Shown: piece by piece, positions 18,607-28,740 of the stretch | How positions within the stretch are numbered: position 1 is the stretch's first letter | Layout of the letters: each line of letters opens with the position of its first letter | Assembly: GCA_050123155.1 (NCBI GenBank) | Contig: JASFHP010000007.1 | Location: 32,032 to 96,031, forward strand | From: Candidatus Bathyarchaeota archaeon | GTDB taxonomy: Archaea; Thermoproteota; Bathyarchaeia; Bathyarchaeales; Bathyarchaeaceae | Reading direction: 5' to 3' | Length of the DNA: 64,000 nucleotides | Notes under the pieces: model-generated | Database searches by the model: none | The model's input: the letters and a program-made list of their open reading frames with translations, nothing else | Told to the model about the DNA's origin: nothing | Translations under genes and position numbers: made by a program

Positions 18607-19251
18607 ATGGAAAATATGAAAAATATGTGTGGGGAGATTGTTTTGAGTTCTAATAATGGAGTCTCAAAAGGAATTTTTGTTGCTGGAATTGTTGCTACGA
18701 TGATAGTATCGGTTGCTGTGTCAACTGTGCTTTGTTCGTTTTTTGCTGTAGGTCCACAAGGTGAACAGGGCATACAGGGAATACAAGGCATACAAGGACC
18801 TCAAGGCATACAAGGTGAAACTGGACCACAAGGACCAAAGGGCGACACAGGAGACACAGGTGCTCAGGGATTGCAAGGAGAACAAGGACAACAAGGAGAA
18901 ACTGGAGAACAGGGATCTAAAGGAGATACGGGCGATACAGGACCTATGGGATCTATGGGACCTGCGGGCGGATTTGGCGATCCTGATTATGACAGCGGTT
19001 GGATTCATCTAGCGGTTGGAGACTACACCGATTTCAAACACGATCTTGAGCAAGAAGATGATTTGTTCGTTTACATTATTGGAAGGTACTATTACGAAGG
19101 ATACTACTGGTACTGCCAAGACCCATATTATATCACATGGATTACTTTAGATGCAAACACACTTACAGTATTTAGGCTAAACGAAGACATCTATTATGAA
19201 CAGGCAAGAATGCTAATCTGGAAAATAGACGAAAACAACGAGTTATTTTAA
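18607..19251 (+). CDS. Membrane-anchored collagen-like protein (start uncertain)
   Basis: N-terminal TM, 24 uninterrupted Gly-X-Y triplets, then a PDYDSGW-led globular domain. Confidence 0.85.
   Translation: MENMKNMCGEIVLSSNNGVSKGIFVAGIVATMIVSVAVSTVLCSFFAVGPQGEQGIQGIQGIQGPQGIQGETGPQGPKGDTGDTGAQGLQGEQGQQGETGEQGSKGDTGDTGPMGSMGPAGGFGDPDYDSGWIHLAVGDYTDFKHDLEQEDDLFVYIIGRYYYEGYYWYCQDPYYITWITLDANTLTVFRLNEDIYYEQARMLIWKIDENNELF
18751..18966 (+). repeat. Gly-X-Y collagen repeat, 24 triplets with 9-bp periodicity
   Basis: GPQ GEQ GIQ ... GSM GPA counted directly. Confidence 0.9.
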
Positions 19252-19544
19252 CAACCTCAGAGACTCTTTGTGAACAACCTATCCGACGGATTTTGCAGTT
19301 TTATTTTCTGACGACAACTTTACAGAACCTGCTTTTTCAGTTAAATAATTGCCGTTCGCAGGCTACCGTTTCAGTTAGGGTCAGATTTCTTTGGTTGAGT
19401 TAGCTAAACACGCTTTTCTGGTTGCACAATCCCGTTATTGGGTTGACTCTGCAGTTTGTGAGGTTGAAAAGTCGGTACGTTTATTAGATATCAAATGTAT
19501 ATTGTGTATTAAGATTCAATCTCCTTTCCTGAGGGGGAAACAAA

Positions 19545-19721
19545 TTGTCCAACGAGAACAGAAAACAGGACCTGAAATCCCGAATAGAATTGATGGAAAA
19601 AGAAATTCTTCAACTCAAGGGAAGAAAAAGAGACGAAGCCAGAGTTGAGTATCTTAGGCTTCTGAAGTCCTGTGGCAAAGAATGTGGATTAGAGGAACCA
19701 ATCTACCTTAAGCGATGCTAG
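19545..19721 (+). CDS. Small protein (58 aa) missed by the ORF track: MSNENRKQDLKSRIELMEKEILQLKGRKRDEARVEYLRLLKSCGKECGLEEPIYLKRC
   Basis: TTG start with GAGGGG RBS at 19531; coiled-coil-like N-terminus; stop lies 8 bp from the convergent gene end. Confidence 0.6.
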   Translation: MSNENRKQDLKSRIELMEKEILQLKGRKRDEARVEYLRLLKSCGKECGLEEPIYLKRC

Positions 19722-19729
19722 CAGCAAAA

Positions 19730-19948
19730 TCAGCCACGCCTTTTTTTAACGTAAACTGTTCTGGATTTATTTCCATCGTTTTCGTAGCATCTTCTGCACT
19801 CTTCATCCATCTCCTCAAGATTCACTGGTTCCAGATGAACATCGAAGCCTAAAGCTTTGTACTCTTCAACTATCTCGCTTAGTCTTGGCTCTCCAATGGT
19901 GGTCCGCTTAACCCAACCTTGTTTCTTCAATTCCTCAGACTTTGTCAT
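19730..19948 (-). CDS. Small conserved hypothetical protein (72 aa)
   Basis: GWVKRTTIGEPRLSEIVEEYKALGFDVHLEP, CRRC; ATG 19948 just downstream of rtcA. Confidence 0.7.
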   Translation of the reverse strand: MTKSEELKKQGWVKRTTIGEPRLSEIVEEYKALGFDVHLEPVNLEEMDEECRRCYENDGNKSRTVYVKKRRG

Positions 19949-19983
19949 CCATCCACTTCCGCCTTTTTTGTAGGAAATTAGTG

Positions 19984-21018
19984 TCAACTCTTCTCTATTC
20001 TGTAGATGTCTCCAACTTTGTCTATTTGGAACTTTACGCCCAGAATCTTCTCCATTAACCAAATGTTGGTGTCCAAGTGGTCTGTTACCTTTCGAGTTAG
20101 ATATGTTGAGGCGCCGTCTGCCAGTGCAACGTAGGGCACAAGCATGTCCGCAAGATGAACGTCCACGGTAGCATGGGCTTCAATTTCCTTTAACAGATTT
20201 TCAGCCGCTTCTCTGCCCACCGCCTCGCTGGGCTTCCCCCGTTCTCCTATAGCATCCCCTGCAACTAGGGCGCCTTTGCTTGTTTTCGCCCATAACACTA
20301 TAGAACTGCCCTTCTGAAGAGGGTTAGACTGGTCATTAACGACATTAATCTCTGCGTCGTAACCGTGATTTCCAAGAACTTTCGCAGCCGCCTCAGCTTG
20401 CCTCTCTGCAACCCTCTGCTTCTCCAAGAAAGTGCAGACTGAAACTCCTTTGACCTCCTCTATTCTACCAAACTCTTCCATGGAAAGTGCGTTGATCTTA
20501 GAGCCATTGCTGACGTTCAAGACGACTTCACCCCTTCCCTTAGGATAATAGCCGAACCTTTTGACAGTTAAAGAAGCTTTCACACCCATCCGCTCAAGCA
20601 CAGGCAAAAGCACATATTTCATGTAATTAATCGTCGGAGCGTAACGAACGTCCGTGCCGCCATTAACAACATGAACTTTGACGTCGCCCTTAGCGTAGGC
20701 GCAGATGGGCAGAACCGTTAAAAGCAGCATGGATATGCTTCCCGCAGTGCCTATCTCAGCCCTCACCTCGCCGCTTACGATACTCTTTGGCTTGAACCAC
20801 AGTTCACGAGAACCCAGCTTTGCCCCCTCAGTTTCAGCGTTACAGAGCTTCGCTGCCGTCAGCACTGATTCAAGGTGCTGGGGGCGAAGTCCAGGTTGTC
20901 TGCGCCTATGGCGGATGTTATAGATGTGCATGGGCTTCTCTAGGATGCCTGCAAGGGCGATAGATAACCGTAATATTGTTCCGCTGCCGCTCTTCTGGTT
21001 GCCGTCAATCGTTAACAT
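19984..21018 (-). CDS. rtcA: RNA 3'-terminal phosphate cyclase
   Basis: IRHRRRQPGLRPQH, TAGSISM, GGTDV, GYYPKGRG, DVHLADML. Confidence 0.94.
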   Translation of the reverse strand: MLTIDGNQKSGSGTILRLSIALAGILEKPMHIYNIRHRRRQPGLRPQHLESVLTAAKLCNAETEGAKLGSRELWFKPKSIVSGEVRAEIGTAGSISMLLLTVLPICAYAKGDVKVHVVNGGTDVRYAPTINYMKYVLLPVLERMGVKASLTVKRFGYYPKGRGEVVLNVSNGSKINALSMEEFGRIEEVKGVSVCTFLEKQRVAERQAEAAAKVLGNHGYDAEINVVNDQSNPLQKGSSIVLWAKTSKGALVAGDAIGERGKPSEAVGREAAENLLKEIEAHATVDVHLADMLVPYVALADGASTYLTRKVTDHLDTNIWLMEKILGVKFQIDKVGDIYRIEKS

Positions 21019-21276
21019 TTCTGGTCTACAAAATATTGCCTCTCCGCATTTATTTAACCATAAGTGAGAGTAGCATAGAATTTTTGTTAAATTTTAACCA
21101 GAACCCCAGCAATCTACAAAAAGAAGCTACTGAGGGAGTCGCGGGGATTTGCACAGGGGACAAGTGTTGATGTCAACTGTAGAAAACCTCGTAACTCCCC
21201 TTTTTTATGAGTCGTGTTGTTAATCGATTTTTGGAAAAACATCACATTTAAATCAGTATTTCATGCTAAGAAAGTC

Positions 21277-22413
21277 ATGAAGAAGTTGTACTTTGTTGCA
21301 ATTTTTTGTTTGCTGCTGATCAGTTCACTCCTGTTCATTGCTACTTTTCTTTTCGATTCACCCAAAAGCGAGTCTCCAGACGTGTTCGTGGGCATCGATG
21401 TTGCTTATGACGGTATTGAGGAAATCAAAACCCTTGTTGACAGAGTGAGTTCTTACACTAACCTCTTTGTTATTGGAAGCACAGGAATATCCTATGACCA
21501 AATGAAGCTCGAAGAAACCTGTCAATATCTAACCGATCGCGATATGCAGTTCATAATTTATTCTGAACTCCCTTTTAGATTAGAATTGATACATAATGTG
21601 TCAAAAAACTACGAAGATAATTTCATGGGAATCTATTACCTTGATGAACAAGGAGGAAGACAACTCGACATTGCTGACTACAGATGGGTTGAGAATGCAG
21701 AAAATTATACTGACGCAGCCAACCAATTCGTTGAAGGCTTGAATTGGTGGTTAAACAGAAGGACTTACGGAAATATTACATTGCCATATGCAGCATCAGA
21801 TTTTCGTCTATTCACATCAGATTATTCACTTTACTGGTTTGACTACCAAGCAGGATATGATGTTGTTTTTGCAGAGTTTGGCTGGAACTACAGCCGACAA
21901 TTGAACGTAGCACTGTGCAGGGGAGCAGCGACAGTACAAAACAAGGAGTGGGGCGTAATGATTACATGGACCTACAATCATCCACCATACATCGCGTCAG
22001 GACCTGAACTATACGAGGATATGGTTCTTGCGTACGACAACGGAGCAAAATACATCCTCGTTTTTGACACCAACGAAAACTATACTGAAGGAATTTTAAA
22101 GGAAGAACATTTTGAAGCTTTAGAAGATTTTTGGCAATATGCCCAAACCCATCCCAGAGACAGTAATCAAGCTGAGAAGAGAGTTGCATTTGTTCTTCCA
22201 GAAGGCTACGGCTACGGTTTTCGTGGACCAGAAGACAAAATCTGGGGACTATGGGAAGACACCATCCTATCTCTTGAAATGAGCCATCATCTTGGCAGCT
22301 ATTTAGAAGAATACGGAATCAACTTGGACATAATCTACGGCAACAAAATAGAAACCAACGAAAACTACAAAAAATACATCTTCTGGAACGGAATAATCGT
22401 CACAGACCCATAG
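21277..22413 (+). CDS. Membrane-anchored extracellular protein, possible GH clan-A-like TIM barrel
   Basis: N-terminal TM; aromatic-rich; YYLDEQGG and VVFAEFGW motifs. Confidence 0.55.
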   Translation: MKKLYFVAIFCLLLISSLLFIATFLFDSPKSESPDVFVGIDVAYDGIEEIKTLVDRVSSYTNLFVIGSTGISYDQMKLEETCQYLTDRDMQFIIYSELPFRLELIHNVSKNYEDNFMGIYYLDEQGGRQLDIADYRWVENAENYTDAANQFVEGLNWWLNRRTYGNITLPYAASDFRLFTSDYSLYWFDYQAGYDVVFAEFGWNYSRQLNVALCRGAATVQNKEWGVMITWTYNHPPYIASGPELYEDMVLAYDNGAKYILVFDTNENYTEGILKEEHFEALEDFWQYAQTHPRDSNQAEKRVAFVLPEGYGYGFRGPEDKIWGLWEDTILSLEMSHHLGSYLEEYGINLDIIYGNKIETNENYKKYIFWNGIIVTDP

Positions 22414-22484
22414 GTTTTCTCCCATTTTTCAAAAGAATAAAAAAAGAAAATGGATTTTTAGGGGGCAGTTGAGGTTAGCTACGG

Positions 22485-23675
22485 CTATTTTTTTGGTGTG
22501 TGTTTTTTCTTGTAGGTGAATAATCCAAAAGCTGCGAACATAGTTGCGGCAGCCATTATGGATCCAATCGCAACTTCTGGAATTACGAAGAATCCGGCTG
22601 TAACCTCAATGTCGCTGTCATCTAAAGCGTCGATTCCCTCATCGTATATGCCATTGTTGTTAACGTCTACTATAATGTCGTATTTTCCTGGAGTTGCACC
22701 ATTCCACACTGGGTAAGCATCCATTATCGCTCCCCCACTATCTGTCATCACCGTAGTTTTAGCAACATAACTGGGTATTGTCATGCCGTCAGTCCAGTCT
22801 ACATCACTCACAACCTGCACCTCGTAAGATGTTTCTGGCGAAAAGCCGCTTCCCACAACGCATACCTCATCGCCTACGCCAAACGTATCCGTTGTCATCC
22901 AAGTAGTTGAATCAATAAGTATAGCACTCTCGATGGTCGGAGGACCTGATGCAATTATGATGTCGCCAAAGCCGCTTGCTGCATCCGCACTCCATCCAGT
23001 CATGTCAACGGGCCAATCGCCCAAATCGTGGCTGTCATCATAGGAGACTATGTTGAAACCTACTGTGTCTCCTAGAGCTAGGCTGAAGTCATGAGGACCA
23101 GTTTCTGTCTCTTCCGCGTTTACGTAGCCGTAGTCTCCGCTGTTTAGGGGATGCGAAAACTCAAAGATTCTGATTGTGCCGTCCGTGCCCATTGCCCCTT
23201 CGCCGTCAACGGTGCCTCCATAATTTTCGTCGTCTGTGGGCCAGCTTCCCATATTAAACATGTCTAGGAATTCTCCTTGTGCTGGGGTCGAACTAGTATG
23301 TCGGAGCTGTAGGACGTCGTCGCCGATTTCTAGTAACCCATCGTCGTCGTTGTCAAAAATGAAGGTTATCCAGTCCGCAGATCCAGCTGTGTAGTAGTCG
23401 TGTCTTTTGATTGCTAAGTACAAATTGTTTAGGTCATTCATGACGTAAAGGGTATGGCTAATGGGATCAGGTGAGCCTCCAGTGTGTGGAGCAACGAAGT
23501 CTATGGTGTCTGCGTCGTCCCACTCGCCTGCACTCATGATGCCATCTATGGTTGGCGGATTCGATGTGAAAGCCGACAATTCCACTCCTGAACCATTTGC
23601 TTTAACGAATGCAATCGGAATAATTGTAGCAAAAGTCAACAAAGTTAACAGTAAAAATGCCTTTTTTTCACTCAA
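22485..23675 (-). CDS. Secreted DOMON/CBM9-like surface protein with IPE-TM-basic anchor
   Basis: Signal peptide, PPTIDGIMSAGEWDDA, C-terminal IPEVAIG-TM-KKKH. Confidence 0.75.
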   Translation of the reverse strand: MSEKKAFLLLTLLTFATIIPIAFVKANGSGVELSAFTSNPPTIDGIMSAGEWDDADTIDFVAPHTGGSPDPISHTLYVMNDLNNLYLAIKRHDYYTAGSADWITFIFDNDDDGLLEIGDDVLQLRHTSSTPAQGEFLDMFNMGSWPTDDENYGGTVDGEGAMGTDGTIRIFEFSHPLNSGDYGYVNAEETETGPHDFSLALGDTVGFNIVSYDDSHDLGDWPVDMTGWSADAASGFGDIIIASGPPTIESAILIDSTTWMTTDTFGVGDEVCVVGSGFSPETSYEVQVVSDVDWTDGMTIPSYVAKTTVMTDSGGAIMDAYPVWNGATPGKYDIIVDVNNNGIYDEGIDALDDSDIEVTAGFFVIPEVAIGSIMAAATMFAAFGLFTYKKKHTPKK

Positions 23676-23829
23676 TTTGCTTTACCTTAACCAAAATTTT
23701 GGTTTAGTTATATTTAAATTGAATGAAAGTTGTTTATAGAAAAGTTGTTTTGTTTTTCTAAATGTTGGTTAGTGGGATAAAACAAATGAGTAAGTTATGT
23801 TAACGTATTCTTGTGTGGAGGTTAGGTTG

Positions 23830-24210
23830 ATGGGTGAAGAAAAGGTAGACATTCAAGAGTTAGCCCAAAAAGTTGATGAACTTCTTAATTTACTGAATGT
23901 AATCGCAGGGGACCTAGCTGAAGTTTCCAAGTCCCTCAAAGCGGTGAGTGGACCAGCCGTTGCTCCTGCAGTTTCTGCTGCATCCTCTGGAAAAAAGCGT
24001 GACGTCAACGATGTTAAGCAGGCGTTTTCTTCAGAGCTTGCAGGTATGTTACTCTTTGAGGAGAATGGAGCCTTCATTATTGTGAAGCCGCGGAGATTCT
24101 TGGGGTCAGACAATTTCGCTAAAATTGCGTCTATTGTACGCGACCTTGGTGGAGAATACATCAGTGCAGGAAGAAATTCCCATTTCAAGGTTCCGAAGGA
24201 AATGGGTTAA
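23830..24210 (+). CDS. Hypothetical protein
   Basis: Coiled-coil N-terminus, Ala/Pro linker, compact C-terminal domain (LGGEYISAG). Confidence 0.7.
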   Translation: MGEEKVDIQELAQKVDELLNLLNVIAGDLAEVSKSLKAVSGPAVAPAVSAASSGKKRDVNDVKQAFSSELAGMLLFEENGAFIIVKPRRFLGSDNFAKIASIVRDLGGEYISAGRNSHFKVPKEMG

Positions 24211-24348
24211 CAGTAAAAAAACTGTTTTCAACAATCTTCTGTTATTAGTCCTCTAATATGATTCCGCGTTAGAATGTTTACAGTTTGTTTGCTTGTGTTC
24301 GTTCACAGGACATATAGTACGTTGGAAGAGTGGAAAATAGGCTGTGAG

Positions 24349-24600
24349 TTAACGTTTGTTTGAGTGCGTTTTAGCCACTATTAATGTGGCTGTTTGGAAG
24401 ATGTCGGGTAGCACCCTCAGTTTATCTGTTAGGAACTGGTTCAGATCTTCCAGATTTTCGGTGCACACTTTTATGATGGCGTCGTATTCGCCGTACATCA
24501 TGCTTACTCTCTTTACTTCGTTGAAGTGAGAAACTTTTTCAAGTATATTCTTCTCGGTGCCCGGATTTAACGTAACCAACACGTAAGCTGAGACAGCCAT
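24349..24600 (-). CDS. Stand-alone Lrp/AsnC ligand-binding (RAM) domain protein
   Basis: AYVLV...MYGEYDAIIKV...TATLIV; no HTH. Confidence 0.88.
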   Translation of the reverse strand: MAVSAYVLVTLNPGTEKNILEKVSHFNEVKRVSMMYGEYDAIIKVCTENLEDLNQFLTDKLRVLPDIFQTATLIVAKTHSNKR

Positions 24601-24707
24601 CTGACTTCCTCGCCTAACAAACTTTTGCACGGAAGAACTTTAACCTTTTGCTTGCCCGCACAGAAAGGCAGGCAGGAAACATGGGTCAGACTATAGTTTA
24701 CAGCAGC

Positions 24708-25685
24708 TCACGAAGTTTTATCCAGCAAATCTTGAGCAAAAGCGGCTGCTCCGATTACTCCCGCATCAGCACCCAGCGAAGCCTTCACAATTTTCAGTTC
24801 TTCAACAGAAGCCTCTAACGCCATAGTTGGAACAATATCCTTCACTATCTGGACCAACTTAGGGATTCCCTCGATAACACCGCCTCCGAGAACCATAACA
24901 CAAGGATTAAAGGCGTTAACGATGCTGACCACTCCAGCAGCCAAGTATCGCCCAGTCTCCTTCACCAACAGCCGAGACAACAAATCGCCTTCACGGTAAG
25001 CTTGACTAACCGTAACCGCCGTAACTTGCTTAATGCCGCCTGCCAAAGCCAGCAAACGCCGCCCCTCATTCGACAAGGCTCTGATAGTCTCTTGCGCACG
25101 CTCAGCGATTGCCCAACCACCAACATAAGCCTCCAAGCAACCCTTGTTAGGGCAATGGCACTGTCGTCCATCAAAAACAATGGTGATGTGACCTAACTCG
25201 CCGCCACTGTTAGTGCAACCAGATAGAAGCTTTCCTCCAGTTATGACTCCCCCGCCTACGCCTGTGCCCACAAAAAGAACAGCCAAATCGTCTACGCCTC
25301 GCCCTGCACCGTAACGCCACTCACCCCAAGTAGCTGCATTAACATCGTTAGTCACAACTACAGGTAACCCATGCTGTTTCTCCAGTTTCTTCTTTAAGGG
25401 AACGTTCCGCCAACCCAAATTTTGAGAACCACGCACAACTCCTCTCAGGTCCACTTGGGCGGCTACGCCGATTCCAAGAGCTTTAGCTTCTTGACCAGAT
25501 TTGCTGAGACAAGCTTCCACACCAGCTGAAATGTCGGCGATAACCTTTCCTGGTTCCTTTGAGTCATGAATCACAGATTTGTGAGCAGACAAAAGGCACC
25601 CATCAGCATCCACTAGTCCCACATTAAGTTTGGTGCCTCCAAGGTCAACACCCAACGTAAGCGAATCCATCTTCTGCATCACCAT
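24708..25685 (-). CDS. ROK family sugar kinase (glucokinase-like)
   Basis: GVDLGGTK, TNDVNAA, GTGVGGG, GELGH, CHCPNKGCLE. Confidence 0.93.
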   Translation of the reverse strand: MVMQKMDSLTLGVDLGGTKLNVGLVDADGCLLSAHKSVIHDSKEPGKVIADISAGVEACLSKSGQEAKALGIGVAAQVDLRGVVRGSQNLGWRNVPLKKKLEKQHGLPVVVTNDVNAATWGEWRYGAGRGVDDLAVLFVGTGVGGGVITGGKLLSGCTNSGGELGHITIVFDGRQCHCPNKGCLEAYVGGWAIAERAQETIRALSNEGRRLLALAGGIKQVTAVTVSQAYREGDLLSRLLVKETGRYLAAGVVSIVNAFNPCVMVLGGGVIEGIPKLVQIVKDIVPTMALEASVEELKIVKASLGADAGVIGAAAFAQDLLDKTS

Positions 25686-25883
25686 TTTTCCATTTATACA
25701 CTACACTTAGCATGCAAGACATAAACTGCGTTAAACCTGTTTAACTCAGTTGCGACATTGAGCTAATGATTGATACTAAGAAAAGCAGATTAATTTTTCT
25801 ACAAAACAAAAAAACAATAGACACACGATTACGTGATGAACAAAAATTAGAAGAAAAAAGAAAAAGATTCCTTTATGGCATCA

Positions 25884-27515
25884 CTACATTGGAGGCATTC
25901 CGCCCGGAGGAGCACCTTCTTTTGGTTTCGTCGATGCAATAACATCGTCGATTCTCAGGATCATGGAGGCAACTTCTGCGGCTGACTTCATGGCCTGCTC
26001 CTTAACTTTCAGGGGCTCAACAACTCCTTTCTCGTAGCTGTTAACTATTTTGCCCTTGAAAACGTCAACGCCCATCAGATGACCGTTCTTCTTGTCATGA
26101 GCTGCTCTCAACCCGACAAGGATGTCTATGGACTCTAGACCCGCGTTTTCAGCCAGCGTCTTCGGCACTATTTCCAGCGAATCAGCGAACGCTTCTATAG
26201 CAAGCTGTTCCCTGCCGCCGACCTTTGTAGCGTAGCCGCGAAGAACTTTTGCGATTTCAGCTTCTGTTGCTCCTCCGCCAGCCACAATTTTGTTATCTTC
26301 AACCACATCAGCAACCACTGACAGAGCGTCGTTCATGGCTCTGTCCGCTTCGTCAACCATTCTTTCTAGGCCAGCGCGGATGAGAATAGCAACTGATCGG
26401 GGTTCTTTGCATTTCTCCACAAAGATCATTTTGTCATCCCCGACTTTACGTTCTTCCACGAGTCCTGCTTCTCCCAAGTCTTTACTGTTCAAGTCGTCCA
26501 GCTTTGTGATGACTTTTCCTCCAGTTGCTCTGGCCAGTTTCTCCATGTCTGATTGCTTTACTCTTCTTGCAGCCATGATTCCTTTCTTTGCTAGGAAGTG
26601 CTGAGCCATGTCGTCGATGCCCTTCTGACAGAATATAACTGTTGCACCCGAGGAGCTGATCTTTTGCACCATCTCTTTGAGCATGGTTGTTTCTTTGTCC
26701 AAAAAGGCCTGCATCTGAGTGGGGTCTCGTATCCTAATTTCTGATGAGAACTCGGTTTTTTCCACCTCTAGAGGAGAGTCGAGAAGCGCGATTTTCGCTT
26801 TTTCACTTCGTTTGGGCATGCCTGCGTGAACAATCTCTTTGTCGATGATTATGCCTCTGATAAGTTCTGTGTCGTAGAGGCTTTTTCCCTCTTTCTTAAC
26901 TCTCTGAATGTTATCAATGTCCGCTATCGTTTTATCGCCCCGTTTCTCAGCGATCAGTTTAACGGCATCAATGGTGATGTCAGACAGGTGACCACGAGCA
27001 TCACCCACAGCTTTGCTTCCCATAGAAGTCATGGAAACTTTCTTCAGGGCTGCACGATCATCAATGTCAACGGTTATCGCCAATTTGGCTAAAGCTTTCA
27101 CAGCCTGTTCAACGGCTTTTCTGTATCCCTGCACAATGATTGTTGGGTGAATATTCTGTTCCAGCAACCCCTCTGCTTTCTGTAGAAGCTCTCCAGACAA
27201 GATTACAGCAGTGGTGGTTCCGTCGCCCACCATGTCATCCTGGGTTTTGGCTACTTCCACCATCATCTTTGCAGCGGGATGCTGAACGTCTATCTCGTCC
27301 AGTATCGCTGCGCCGTCGTTGGTTATGGTTATGTCGCCTAGGCCGTCAATGAGCATTTTGTCCATGCCGCGAGGACCAAGAGTGCTCCTTAAAACTTCGG
27401 CGATGACTTTGGCAGCCATTATGTTATTTTTCTGTGCTTCTCTTCCACGTTTACGTGATGTTCCTTCTTTAAGGATAAGAACAGGTTGTCCACCCTGTGA
27501 GGTTAAATATGCCAT
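25884..27515 (-). CDS. ths: Thermosome (group II chaperonin) subunit
   Basis: [36 protein letters not shown]. Confidence 0.97.
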   Translation of the reverse strand: MAYLTSQGGQPVLILKEGTSRKRGREAQKNNIMAAKVIAEVLRSTLGPRGMDKMLIDGLGDITITNDGAAILDEIDVQHPAAKMMVEVAKTQDDMVGDGTTTAVILSGELLQKAEGLLEQNIHPTIIVQGYRKAVEQAVKALAKLAITVDIDDRAALKKVSMTSMGSKAVGDARGHLSDITIDAVKLIAEKRGDKTIADIDNIQRVKKEGKSLYDTELIRGIIIDKEIVHAGMPKRSEKAKIALLDSPLEVEKTEFSSEIRIRDPTQMQAFLDKETTMLKEMVQKISSSGATVIFCQKGIDDMAQHFLAKKGIMAARRVKQSDMEKLARATGGKVITKLDDLNSKDLGEAGLVEERKVGDDKMIFVEKCKEPRSVAILIRAGLERMVDEADRAMNDALSVVADVVEDNKIVAGGGATEAEIAKVLRGYATKVGGREQLAIEAFADSLEIVPKTLAENAGLESIDILVGLRAAHDKKNGHLMGVDVFKGKIVNSYEKGVVEPLKVKEQAMKSAAEVASMILRIDDVIASTKPKEGAPPGGMPPM

Positions 27516-27746
27516 ACAAATCATTCCTATTTTGCAGCTGAATTTCTAGCTACTGCAACTTTCATCTGGAATATAAAGTTTACTAACTCATTTTTCTTTC
27601 CAAGGTTCTATGTTAAAAAACAGCGAAGAGAGAGCGAGTAACGTCATATTTGGGTCCCAAATTACATGCTGTGCTTCAGGTCAAAGGGAGTTGTGCAATA
27701 AAAGATAATAGGAGCCTGCAAAATTAACTCGGTGAGTGTTTAAACC

Positions 27747-28115
27747 ATGAGTGTTTCTCGCGTACCCATCAGATTCATTATTGAGAACGTTGGAAAAGCG
27801 GAAGGAGACCTTGTTCGCATCAGTTCTCCGCGGACTACAGATGCAATAATCAGGCAGCTTCCAATTGAGGGTCGCGCAGCCATCTGGCAACAAGAAGTTT
27901 ACTTTGAGATTCCCGTGAAAATGGGCAACGAAAAGGCTAAGCCAACAGTGGAAAAGGGAACCTTAGCCTACTGGCCTATGGGAAGCGCCCTCTGCATCTT
28001 CTACGGCGAAACCCAGCCATACAGCCCCGTCAACATAATCGGGCAAGTGACCGAAAATCTGGAACTGTTCGAACAAGTCAAAAGCGGAACAAAAATCATC
28101 GTAGAAAAAAGATAG
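27747..28115 (+). CDS. Cyclophilin-like fold protein (DUF369/TM1367-like)
   Basis: WQQEVYF, GTLAYWPMGSALCIFYG, PVNIIG. Confidence 0.88.
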   Translation: MSVSRVPIRFIIENVGKAEGDLVRISSPRTTDAIIRQLPIEGRAAIWQQEVYFEIPVKMGNEKAKPTVEKGTLAYWPMGSALCIFYGETQPYSPVNIIGQVTENLELFEQVKSGTKIIVEKR

Positions 28116-28350
28116 TTGCTTCACTATTCGGTGTTGAACCCACCACTAACGGAAGAGCTGAAAAACTCCAAAAGTTGATGAAATCAAAAGATTTTATAAA
28201 TTGAAAAAGGGCTCGCTGAGGCTTCTGCACAGGCGGTTTGGGGAATGAAAAATGAAACTTGGAAAGCAACTTAATAAGTTTCATTTTCCTGTGTCGAAGC
28301 CATTCAGCTTCCCTGTTCCTCCTAAATCAAACCAAAAGAAAAGCCTTTTT

Positions 28351-28400
28351 GTCAAGAAATCTTGACCAAAACATGGTTCGTTTTGTCAAGAAATCTTGAC
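28351..28400. promoter_or_regulatory. Two tandem palindromes GTCAAGA-AA-TCTTGAC, 34 bp apart
   Basis: Identical copies at 28351..28366 and 28385..28400. Confidence 0.75.
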
Positions 28401-28529
28401 TTGGACATAACCAAGCATTTTGAGTAGGTTAAAGAATCTTCACAAGAAAGAAGTGGTTTTGTGCACGCACACGCATCTCCCTCAACTTTCTTTTTGAGAG
28501 TTAAAAACTTAAACACAAACCCAAACGAA

Positions 28530-28564
28530 ATTTCTGTTAACGAGTAGCAAAATTTTAAAAACAA
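28530..28564 (+). promoter_or_regulatory. 35-bp promoter block (TATA-like TTTTAAAA), identical to 31290..31324
   Basis: ATTTCTGTTAACGAGTAGCAAAATTTTAAAAACAA occurs before both propeller genes. Confidence 0.75.
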
Positions 28565-28601
28565 CATAGGATATATGCTGTCTGCAATGGGTTCAAGGAG
28601 T

Positions 28602-28706
28602 CTTTGACAACTGGCTGCATAGCAAAGCAATGATTTGGGGATTAGAATGTCTGACAATCCTTTGCACAAACCACATGTTTCTGACTGATCGGTTGTCAAA
28701 GGCAAC
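28602..28706 (+). ncRNA. Candidate structured cis-regulatory 5' leader
   Basis: 28602..28614 pairs with 28689..28701 (13 bp including G-U); alternative local hairpin GTTGTC-AAA-GGCAAC; homolog at 31363..31417. Confidence 0.55.
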
Positions 28707-28740
28707 TAGAACTCAATAATGAAACAAAAAAGGAGAAAAA

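Noticed and set aside
19391-19648. 85-aa plus-strand ORF
   Set aside because: No RBS or motif; overlaps the better-supported 19545..19721 frame
28351-28400. GTCAAG palindromes as a mini-CRISPR array
   Set aside because: Only two 16-bp units per locus, 18-nt spacers that resemble each other between loci, and no cas genes
28352-28705. 117-aa minus-strand ORF
   Set aside because: Runs through the operators, promoter and leader on the opposite strand; the sequence is better explained as regulatory
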